Assembly: GCA_002633005.1 (NCBI GenBank)
Contig: NMRA01000497.1
Location: forward strand, 146,883-210,882
DNA length: 64,000 nt
Reading direction: 5' to 3'
Source of the DNA: Phoronis australis
Taxonomy: Eukaryota > Animalia > Phoronida
The notes under the pieces are model-generated. The model did no database searches. It had not been told where the DNA came from and was given only the letters and a program-made list of their open reading frames with translations. Position 1 is the first letter of the stretch. Each line of letters starts with the position of its first letter. Position numbers and translations under genes: made by a program. Positions 1 to 12,000 of the stretch are shown piece after piece.

Positions 1-3000
1 ATGTCCATAACGCCGGAGGCAGCTTACAGGCTGGCAACTCTTTTCTTCTTTGACCGTGAACTCTTCTCTGACCCTGGGTCGCGACCTCTGCTGCCGTATT
101 TGCCTCCTTGTATGCCACCGGAGAAGACTAACCTTGATAGGTACATTCTGATTAATAATTTAATGGAATTTGGTCAAGTCCTGTTCCATCTGTTCCGTTT
201 TGCTTGTCAGCAATTTTTTAATTGAATTTGTGAAATAAACGAAAACTCCTCGTTGATTTTCTTGATTGTTATTTTATTTGTGCACAGTCATGACCTCTGG
301 TGGTGTAATAAACTGTGGTATAATGTCTGTTTTCAGCTCCTGCGAGAAAACAAAACGATCACGCAATACCAAATCCTCACGGGTGGAAAACAGCAAGGAG
401 GCAACTACTGGGGAGTCCATATTAGCCTCCATGGTTTCTGGGCCGCAGATTCTCAACACAGTGTTAGTGGTCAAACCAAGCGCTGTGAGGAAACACTTTG
501 CCAGAATACTTAAACGTTTGATCAGCGAGGGATTCGTTGTTGTGGCCTTGACCTTCAAGATATTGAGCGAAACAGAAGCCATGCATTTGCTGTCTCTTGA
601 GAATAGGAAGGTGAGATATTTACATTTTGAAAAGAGATGACTGTTATGGTGTGGATTTTGTTGTTCGCATGTCTCTTCTCATGATGCAGTCCATTTTTGC
701 TGGAGTTCAGATGATTTGACATCAGAATGATTTCCTAAGTGTTGAAGAAGGACTTGAATTAAAATACATGTTTGACAAATATTTGTTTGCATTTCGTGAG
801 ATGAACTTTTTTCCAGAATGACGATCATCATGTCATGTCTTTAGCACTTTCCGTACATTCTGCGTCGCGTACTTTCAGGATGAGGCATTCTGCCATCAAC
901 ACGTCACGCACATGACGTCGGGCGACTGTCTTGTGCTGTGCGTCCAGCGGGAGAATGCTGTCAAAAAACTGGTGGATGTGGTTGGCCCCGACAACCCTGT
1001 GGTTGCCAGGCAACAGAGCCAGATGTTCTGGAGGGCTCTGTATGGCAACAGCTTGCTACAAAATGGCCTTTATGGTAAGCCACGCTATCACAATGACTAA
1101 ATCCAATAGCAATAATTGCGTGCGTAGTAAAATCTCCAATTTTGGATGCAACAATATGGTGGACAGGTGAAATTTTAGTCCCTCAGTTTCTCCAAGAAAG
1201 ATACAGAGCGCCACACTAATGCTTTTCAACTGCTGTACACCGCAGTTACCATCAGACACTATTTTCAAAAGTTGTTTACCACCCTAAAAACGGGCAACTT
1301 TGGCAATTATTTTCATCTGACATTGGTCGGATTTTATGGTAATGAAATTTCTTTTTCATTTTCTAGTAAATCCTACACTGCTCTGTCCGTACTAACAGTA
1401 TTATGGAATTATTTCATAATGCTTTCATATGTTAAATTCTCATTGTTACTTATTGACAGTACTATTACGTAATGTTTCATGATGCTATCTGTGCTTTACC
1501 TGCATTTCTTGTAAGCACTTCTTGTCATTTAACAACAAGACAATGAGTGTAAAATTCAGGATAGTTATACAAAGCCACTTCAATAATTTGCGCCGTATAC
1601 TATAACTGGCAGCCCTATCTTTCACCCACTCAGTATTTTTCTCTTTAAACAACATTATATTTTGGTTAGTACCTCATACTTATGTTAGTCAGGCCATTAA
1701 AATATTAAAATGTAAATGTTTCAGTTTCCCCGGATTATGCAAGTGCAGTTCGTGATCGGAAATTGTTTTTCCCAGAAGGATTGTGTTGTGCAGAAACTCC
1801 TACAAGCATGGCTGAAGAAGTAAGTAGATTGTCGAAGCAAGAGATTTGATGACTAAGTGAGACGTCGCTTGATTAAATGAACATTAAGTGTGGTGCTGGT
1901 TGCATGTTGCTGTCTTCTCTGTCTGAATGTCTCTGCGGCGACCGCTTTTCTGTTTACAGAACTCCAGTTGTTAGATTTCTGTGAAACCTAGATATGTTCC
2001 TATCGAAAATGGAACAATGCCTTAATTTTCAGTTGGATCCAACTACTGCTGTGCCCCCTGGTGACAATTCTGGCTGCCTTTATTTACGAAGTTCCATGAT
2101 GGATCTTTGTGAAGCTTAGCTGATACGCTTCTGTCAAGGAATGGAAGGCACTGCCATATTTTCAGTTAGATCTAACTTGTGCTTTGCCTCTTACTGGCAA
2201 TAGTTTTGGTGTTGTCTGCTCTGTTTACTGTTTGAAGCATCATCATAAAACATGACTAAATTTTATGATTGTATTCCTAATTTTTTAAACAGCATGGCAA
2301 ATGTTGACTCTCAGTTGGATCTGCATGTGTCTGCTAGTGGCAGTCTTAACTTTGTTTGGTCTTCTTCAAATATCTACCTAGTTCCGTGTTGGAACTTCAT
2401 GAAATTCGTTAGGTGGCTGATGATCTTTGGACTGATCTGTGTTCTGTTATACAATGTTTAAAATTTCACTTCCCTTTTTGCTTACCTTAATATCTACTAT
2501 GAACTTTCAGTTACAACTTATGCTGCGCCTCCTGGTGGTAATTTTATGTCCAATTTTGATGTTGGTATTTCTGTCTAGCACACCACTTGGAGAATCGCGA
2601 TGAAATTTGGCTGATGCGTACTTACATTTTCAGGCTAATTAGACTACTGCTATGACCCCTGGTGGCAGGTTTTATTGGTTTTCTTAGGCTCTAATTCCAA
2701 TATCTACCAGCTGGTTGTTTAACAGATTGTCATGGAATTAGCAAATACGTTGCTCTTATTGAAGTTTGAATTGAACTTGCCTTTTTGACTGATCAAGAAA
2801 ATGTGCCCCATGTCTCCAATACAGTTTTTAACATCTGTCCCTCTCTCCCCCTCCCCTGCCTCTCCGTCTCATTAGGAAACTACTTTGCAAATGATTTTTG
2901 TGAATAATCATTGTAAAAGTATAGCACGGCAGATAAGAGGTCTACTCCATTCAATCACGAATGTCACACTTTTTGAATGAATCGTTGTGCCTCCTGGCTC

Positions 3001-6000
3001 TAGTTTTAGTTTACTAGCTCCCCCTGGTGGGCTTCTGTGAAATGATGAGAACTCCTGATAATAATCTGGACTGTATGTGTTGCACATGTGGAGGACATAT
3101 CAGCGTCCTGCAGTCCTGTTATAATGAGAATTATTGTTGATAATATTAGTGGAATTATATTGTTAACTTAATAGATGAAAATAGAAATTGATAATGATAA
3201 TGATAATGAACTACAGGTGACTTGTCCTGCTGTGGATTCAATCATCAACGTCAAACAGTACAACAGGAAGCAAGTGGAGTTGAGAGAGGTCGCGGACGGA
3301 GAAGCCGACCACCTTACTGCGCTTACGCAGACCAACTGCATACTTCTGACCCCGCCGCTTCTGAAACCGCTGGGCAAGACTAAAAGACACGGGTACTTGG
3401 AGGTCATAGAAGCTCTAGTCAGTCATCAGTAAGTTCGCTGAACTAGGGTGCCAGTTGGGTCTTGGGTGCTTGAAGGCTTACTGCAGTTCACCCACCACCA
3501 GGCAATGTTCGGACTTTCATTGCAAATTATTTTGTTAGTCCATGTTCTGTTGTTGCCTTTTCACCTTGTCACCTTTCTATATGCAATGAGTGATTAGTGA
3601 AGATGGTAGTAACTGTCAACCTCAACGTAAACACAATTAAGGTATCTGGCAGTGCATACCTTCATAATCACGGATAAGATTTCTTGTTACCTTTTTGAGC
3701 ACTAATTTTCAACCAATGAAACTATCTATATTATGTGCCCTCATTATTGTGAACCACCACATTACCATGTGGTCACATATTGTCGCCATATTGCCAAGGT
3801 GTCTGCATGATGTCTCAAAAACCCTGCTGGGATCTTGATGAGGCTAGGCACAAATATGGGAGGTCATCCCTGGGCTGTGCATGCCTCGTTTCAATATGCC
3901 TTGCCCCCCAAGGCCAGAGGAGTATGACTTAGCAGTGTTCTGAGTGAAGAGCATTTCCTGATGGTATCTGTTGATCCGATTGAGAGATTTTATTGAAACT
4001 TGACACAGAGGTGCATGACGGCAAATGGGCCAGCATTTGTCAATTTTTTGGTTGGATTCAACCCCTGTAGCACCCTTAGTGACTATTGTGAGTTCAGCAA
4101 GGGGCTTTTTCAGTACTTTTGGGAGAAAGGATTTCAATGTAATTGACAGGTATGTGGTGGCAATGCGCCAGCAGCAGTCAATTTATGGGCAAATTAAACC
4201 ATAGGAGCACCACTTTGTGTCCATTTTAATCTCGATAAAGGACATGAGTATTCGTGGCCATTTTAATCTCGAAAAGGACTTGAGTACTTTTGAGCAAAAA
4301 GCATATTAATATCCAGATGACATCTAGAGTATTGATCAAAAGATTTTGTTGAAACTTGACAGAAATGAGAAGCACCAGTTGATTTTCTGGCAAATATGAA
4401 TACTGCAGCACCCCCTAGTGGACACTTTGCCCAGTTTTTTGTTGCCCAGTTGTCTGTTCGATATTTTAAAAAACCTCTGGTCGTATTTTAATGAAATTTA
4501 GCGCAAGGATGCGGGGCATCACCAGGGCAGTGTATGTCACTTTGCCCAGCGACCAGATGTGGGGCTTTTCACTATAATTTTGAAGATTGTTTCTGGATGA
4601 CCTATAGAGAACCAACAGATGGATTTGAACGAAGCTTGATAGAGAAGCATTTTACCATAATGTGCCTCCACAAGTTGATTTTTGATTGAATCTTAGCACT
4701 GCAGCACCTCCTAGTGTCGTTTTTTCTTGACAATGGACATAATTCAAAGAAACTTAACACCATGGGTATGCGACGGCAATATGCTGGCACCTGTATATTT
4801 TGAAAACGATTTGACTACAGCAGCACCCCCTAGTGGAAATTCAAATTTATTATGTGCCCACTGTGGACGCATTATGCCGTTATCTGTGTCTGTCCGGGCG
4901 GCGTCCGTCCGGCGTCTGCCGCTCTATCTCCAAAACTGATTGACGTATGTTCATGAAATTTTGCACATGTTTCTTTCATGAATGGGACGGCATGAGCGAA
5001 ATTTTGACGGATCATAGTACTGGTGTGCCCCCTAGTGGCAATTTTAATTTTTTACATTTACCTCATAAAATTTGGTATATAGGCATCTATTTGTGAGACG
5101 ACGATATCCTCCCATTTTCAGATGGATTTGACGTAGTTTGCGCCACCTAGTGGCCATTTTTACTGTTTTCGAGTCTGTTTTGTGATGTCCACCTCTCTAT
5201 CAACCAAACCGCTCTAAGCATGATTGTGAAAATTGGCATGTATGTTCTTACTATGAAGAAGACGGTTGACGATGATTTTCCGATGACTTTGACTACTGTG
5301 GCGCCTCCTAGTGGCAGTTTTATTTTTTTTTGCGCCTATGGCTTATCTCATAAACTGTTTGCAGCAAATTTACTAAATTTAGTAAGTGCATTTATATGAT
5401 GTTGACAATGGATGACGACGACTTTCGGACAGATCAGACAACTGGTTTGCCACCTAGTGGCAATTTTATTTTTTGACGTTTACCTCTGTATGTTCAAAGG
5501 TCCTCAACGTAATTTCATAAAATATGGCGTACAGGCTTCTGTTAGTGAGGTGACGCTAATTTGCACCACCTAGTGGCCATTTTTACTGTTTTCGGCATCA
5601 ACCCCTCTATCAACCAAACCGCTTTCAGGATAATTGTGAAAATTGGCATGTATGTTTTTATTATGAAATGGATGGCTGTGGGCATCTATTGGTGAGATGA
5701 CGCTATCCTTCCATTTTCAGATAGAATTAAGATACTTTGCGCCACCTAGTGGCCATTTTTGCTGTTTTCGAGTCTGTTGTATGGCATCTACCTCTCTACC
5801 AACCAAATCATTCTAAGGATGGATTTGAAAATTGGCTTATATGTTTTCATTGTGAAGCGGACAGTTGATGATGATGACTTTGACTACTCTGGCGCCTCCT
5901 AGTGGTAGTTTTGTTTTGTTTTGCGCCTATAGCTGTATCTCCTAAACCCACTGCAGGATCTTTATTAAATTTTGTAAGTGTATTTATATGAAGCTAACAA

Positions 6001-9000
6001 CAGGCAATGACGACTTTCAGGTGGATCCAATGTGTGCACCCTTGTGGCAATTTCATTTTATTCTGTTTCTCTGAAGTTCTGTGATGGATTTCTATGAAAT
6101 TTGGTGTATAGCTTTCTATTGAAGAAGCAATAACATGTTCCCATTTTCCCATCTAGTCACCATTTTTATGACATGAATAAGCAACCCTAAAAGCACACCA
6201 TTTGCGATGCATTCGGGGGCGCATTTCAACACTCCGCGTTGCTCTTGTAGAAGATGACAGCTACCAGCTTTGAGCAGATTCCAAAAAATGCTTAATATGT
6301 TCATTAGGCCATATTTGATGTGGCCAAATGTGATCTCTATTTCCACGCTGGTTCAAGATTTACACATTCATGTACACTGTCTCAAGAGTTTATGGGCGGG
6401 ATGCCCATTGCTAAGTCTGATTGCATTTCTGTGCTTGTCTGGTGGTCCGGATTGCTCAGTGGACTCGTGTGTCTGCACGGTTAGCAGAAGGTCCCGGCAA
6501 GGAGTGTAGTAGTATAGGAGAGTTCACTTGTGAGTTCGCTGTTACCGCTACTACTAGCGCCGCCAAGTGGTGAACAAGCTACGGTCAACCAGGAAGCGCC
6601 AAAACAATGGGGACGGACGCATTTTGCAGTGCGATAAATTGCATGAATTCATCCACGAAAACCCCAGACGTGTCATTTTGTAGATTTCCTAAGGATCCAG
6701 AAAGGTAAGGATTGTCTGTTATTCAATAATATGATACATTGTCTTTCATGTTGTGTGTTCTGTTCACGGTTGTTAGACAAGTCGATCGCAGTCCCGGTGC
6801 CCGGCACTGTCTGTTGTCTGCAGTGTAGAGTAGACCTACTGGGCAGCCGGCGGAAGGACTATGATTAACGTACGATGTGATCGTCAGCTTTTTGGATACT
6901 TGCAGTCCATGTATTCCAAATCAAAATGTCACTCTAACGATCGCAGGGATAATTTTAGGAAAACATTCCCATGGCCATGGGTGAATATGAATCGTGGTGA
7001 CACGGCCATGGCACAATCACAGCCACAGGCCACAGGGCCTTTTAAGTCTTTCATTAGTCAAGTCAGAGAATCTGTGGGTCTCGGTGAAAAGTTGTGCAGC
7101 CCTTAAAATATCCGTGGATCGACATTTGAGTCCTAGTTTTTTTAGTTGACACCAAGACGCTTTTGTCTCTATCACAATCACAGTACGACAGGACTTCTGT
7201 AGTGTAGTTTAGTGTAGGCTACCAGTCTCTGTGAACCTGGTGAGTATGAGGTTTGTTCCTGAGTCTCTCATTGATTTCTGTTCAGGTGCAAGCACTGGGA
7301 GCCGACCTTATGAATAGAGTGCATCCTACTTGTCCAAGAACTGCAACTTATGCTCTCATCACTTCGAGGAGTCCATGTTGATGAATGAAGAACAAGCTGG
7401 TATTGAATGCAGTGCCCGAGCAGTATTTGATGTCCCCAGTCCACCAAAAATGAAGACGTCAAAANNNNNNNNNNNNNNNNNNNNNNNNNNNNNNNNNNNN
7501 NNNNNNNNNNNNNNNNNNNNNNNNNNNNNNNNNNNNNNNNNNNNNNNNNNNNNNNNNNNNNNNNNNNNNNNNNNNNNNNNNNNNNNNNNNNNNNNNNNNN
7601 NNNNNNNNNNNNNNNNNNNNNNNNNNNNNNNNNNNNNNNNNNNNNNNNNNNNNNNNNNNNNNNNNNNNNNNNNNNNNNNNNNNNNNNNNNNNNNNNNNNN
7701 NNNNNNNNNNNNNNNNNNNNNNNNNNNNNNNNNNNNNNNNNNNNNNNNNNNNNNNNNNNNNNNNNNNNNNNNNNNNNNNNNNNNNNNNNNNNNNNNNNNN
7801 NNNNNNNNNNNNNNNNNNNNNNNNNNNNNNNNNNNNNNNNNNNNNNNNNNNNNNNNNNNNNNNNNNNNNNNNNNNNNNNNNNNNNNNNNNNNNNNNNNNN
7901 NNNNNNNNNNNNNNNNNNNNNNNNNNNNNNNNNNNNNNNNNNNNNNNNNNNNNNNNNNNNNNNNNNNNNNNNNNNNNNNNNNNNNNNNNNNNNNNNNNNN
8001 NNNNNNNNNNNNNNNNNNNNNNNNNNNNNNNNNNNNNNNNNNNNNNNNNNNNNNNNNNNNNNNNNNNNNNNNNNNNNNNNNNNNNNNNNNNNNNNNNNNN
8101 NNNNNNNNNNNNNNNNNNNNNNNNNNNNNNNNNTGGATGTTAGTTTACGTATTCTAACCATTTTCAATCACACAGTAATTTTATTGCACGTTGAACGTCA
8201 TTAAAGTATGAATTCATCAGTGTTTACATTGTTCGGACTGCGCTCCTAAGTAAGTATTGATTATTCACCGCTTGGAGCGCTAGTGTTTCGACCGGTAACC
8301 ATTGCGGCGAATGGTAAAATGGCTGAGTGAACTCTCCTATACTCGTACACTCCTTGGTCCCGGGTTTGAGTCCTGGTTGCGGAAAAAATCTTTTCAGACT
8401 TATGTTCATTAGGTCTCGTGATGTGGCCTAAAGGTGGCGTGCAGACTAGACTTAAAAACGTTTTGTGAGCTGTGCTTGTTATGTTGTTTTGCGTCTTAAT
8501 GATTGCTCTTTATGGAAAGAAGTAGACTTACATGCCAATTTTTGGATGCATAGTTCTGTTTGCAAGTGTTGAAAATTGATCATTTTTTTAAAGATTTTGA
8601 TTTGATATTTGTTTTAAAAAGTGAGATACCAAGTGAACATTTTTTGTCAATTCTGACTATTGACTTGTTGTCAAATTGTTGTTTCATTGCACCTTACATT
8701 TATTTATAGAATTGATAGGCATCCATGGAAACATACCATTTATGGTGCTCTGTGGACGCATCAACGCCTTGCGCTGCTCTTGTTAAAATTCTTAATGACA
8801 GAACTCTATCATTATGTTATTTTCGATGCAGATCCATAAGTTGCTCAGGTGGATAATTTTGGGAAATTTGCAACTTCCGCTTCTTTATTCTATTAGCTAC
8901 TGCAGAATTTGTTTTAATTATATTGACGCGTTTTTTACCAATGACAGAACTTGGCTCTCAAAAATCAAGATTTTGGTACTCTTTGTGCAGTATTAGAGTC

Positions 9001-12000
9001 TTCATGAGGTATCAGACTAATTTGGCAGCAGTAACTTCTCTAGACAAAATTTATTGAACACACAACAATGTTCAAGAGTAATAATTTTCAATGATATTTG
9101 CTCGAGCTCTCTGTATCTTTGATGGTCATTTGTAGACCAACTATAAAACAGATGGCCATTGGCAAGTAAATATAGAAAACTGATGATTTAAATGACACCA
9201 AAAACGGTCTCAAAACACTGCAGCTCTCATATTTCCCGCCTCTTTTCCGTCTGCTTTATTGGTGCGCTGTGAATGACCATCAGATGCGGAGAGCTTGAGT
9301 GACTATCCTTGAATATTATTTTCCTGATATTTTTTAAGTTCAACAAATTTTGCCTTCATGAAGAAAAGAAAGCGTCATGTGAAAAGATAGCCAATTGCAC
9401 TCAGGTGTTGGCCTAAAGTTGTCCAACAGCCGTGGCTAATCCTGAATGACTAGCTGATCCAGAATGACATAGTAGCCACATGTTCTTCGTGACAGTTATC
9501 CTGAGGTTAACCACTTCTAATCACTTTCTGGTTGACACTTAATCAATCATGGTTGACAGCCGTGACATGTGGTACAGTGCATGGTTAATAAGACTCTGGC
9601 TGTTTGCGTTCCTTTTCTGTAGTCTGATTCTGGCCCTGAGGTACGCAAAGGATGAAAATCATTTCAATGCAGGGTCTGCTATATCCGGCAGTGTCAGTGT
9701 TTGTCACGGGTCACAAATGTGTTGTCCAGTTGAAAAGTGGTTTCTTTACATTCTCTTCTATGTTATGCAAGAATGACAATGGCGATATTTGTGCTATTCA
9801 TTTGCTAATCACAGAATTTGTATTACCGGTATATTGTTCTCTGTCGATAGACTGGATTTTTTTGTCTCGCCAGGAAGTTGGGCGGTAGGCTAGATTCAAG
9901 CTGCCTGTTTCACCGCCCGTGTGCCTATTAAGCGATATTTTTTGTTTTAAATTTTTTTCCTCTTCTTTGCAGACAGTTTTGTGTGGATTTTCATGAAATT
10001 TTACAGCAAGTGGCAGACTCGATGTATTTTTGAGCATATATGTTATGTATTAGTACCTGTGTGCCTCATGAGCTATCCTGGGTCCCTATAGTGCCATTTT
10101 TATTAATTAACACATGCTCTGATGGGGATGTCTCTTTGCTATCAGTATATGACAATGAATGCAGAGTGTAATTTAGTGTAGCTCAAGTAATTTCTACCTA
10201 TTACTATTTCAACAGCAAAAAGTTAAAATGTTTATTTTGAATGTCGAATGAATACATGGTGTAATCAATTTCAAATAAAGGTGATTCCTAAACTTTGTCT
10301 TTCTCCGTTTTTAAGGGTTTCTCACTTGGTGCCCAACAATTTCTCAGAATCATTGTCTGACAGAGCTTAATGGTATAGACCTTCAAAATGTTACAATATT
10401 TATTTGGTGCACTCATCATTTGTGAAGAATTGAAAAAAATAACATTTGACTCATCAGCCATATTGTGTCCTAACTTGACGAGATTTTATCGCAAGTCATA
10501 AACGGAGTGGTTTAAAATAAAAATTGTCTCCGATCTATTTAAATATTATGTAGTTGGTTTGTTAAATAAATGTTCTTTGTCAGTTTTATATCATGCACCA
10601 CAGTGTGTCTTTCTAGTGAGCGAGATCCAACTGTTTTTGAATCTTTTGTGCGTGGGAACAGCCTTTACTTCAATTAAATGTGCTTGTTTCAGTTTTGAGA
10701 TCGTTGGTGGCCGCATGGTGAGGCTGACGGAAGAACAGGCCGAGCACTATCTTCACCTTTGCAATGCTGGCAGTTACAAATTGGTGAGTGGCTCCCTCTG
10801 GTGTAGCTTCACCAGCATCAGTACTAGCATAAAATGATGATTGTTAAAAATTTTAAGCAAGTTTGTTCAACTTTATTATTATGTAACATTTACTTTAATA
10901 TTTGATTTTTATTACTATTATTGTTATTGTTATCATTTGATATTATATTCTATGTTTGAATTTCCATGATCCCTTACCAAACATTGCTCAGTTAGCTTGA
11001 AAAGTCAACTGATGAGCATGCTAAAATCAAGCTTGTAAAAAAATCTTGGATGCCAGTAAATAAAAAAATTGAAGCTTTCTGGGCCAGTCAGCATTTTCAA
11101 CATCAAATTCCATGCTTGGAAAACTTGGTTGCCTCTTGGTACGAGACTGTTTTGTCGTCTAACGCTCTGTCTACCAAACCGCTCAAAGGAACATCAGTAG
11201 ATATATCTCTGCTGAGAAGATCTCTGCCTATGTGGATGGTCTGACTACTGTGGCATCCCTAAGTGGCAACTTTTTGCATCCACAGCAGTATCTCGTGAAC
11301 TGTTGCATGGCCATTGGGAATGTGGCATCAGGTGACGACGACTTTCAGACGAATCTGACAAGTGACAATTGTAGCTTTCGTCATGTACTTCAGTCTGTAT
11401 TTTCAGAGTTTCTTGACAGATTTTCATGAAATTTAGCAAATAGGGCTTATTAAGTAGAAGAAAACACCTTAAAGTTTCTATTTTTGGGGCAGATGAGATG
11501 TACTGTATACCACCTAACAACTTAATTTCTTATTTTATAGCCTGTTTTTTTGTGTCACTCTCTCTATCCGCCAAACTACTCAAAGAATCATTGAAGTAAA
11601 TTAGGAGATTGTGTTCCGAATGACAAGAGCAAAACTAAAACTTGATATATGAATGGGTCTGAGTACTTTTGGCGCCCCCCATTTGTAATTTGCTTTTTAT
11701 TACATCCATAGCTTTATCTGCTAAGCCCCTTGCCATTTACTTCAGAATCGTAAACCAACACTAACATCTATTTCGTAGATCCAGAAAAATTTGCTCCACA
11801 TGCAGTTGTTTCAGAGGAACAAATCATGACATTGTAATATTGCACATCAAACACAATGTCAAGTGACCCATTTTTGCTTTTATAATTGGGCTGAGTTTCT
11901 TCTGCTTAACTTTCTCGTTAGTTGTCTCTGCCGAAATATTTTTGGGCAGACTCACTAAATGTCGATTTCCATGACACTAAGGCGTTGTCGTGTTGCTCCC

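Larger units (their letters stand above)
6441..8470 (+). mobile_element. tRNA-derived SINE split by the P-like element (halves ~6441-6497 and ~8357-8470)
   Basis: An A-box-like TTGCTCAGTGG precedes the insertion and a B-box-like GGTTTGAGTCC follows it. The rejoined sequence matches the reverse-strand copy at ~50020-50150. Confidence 0.7.

Noticed and set aside
4823-6048. Regularly spaced short repeats resembling a CRISPR array
   Set aside because: The spacers are 100-190 bp and homologous to each other, the repeats are degenerate, the context is a eukaryotic intron, and there are no cas genes.
7268-8167. Long ORFs of 299 and 275 aa
   Set aside because: They are artefacts of the N gap at 7465-8133. 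Only the THAP fragment before the gap is meaningful.
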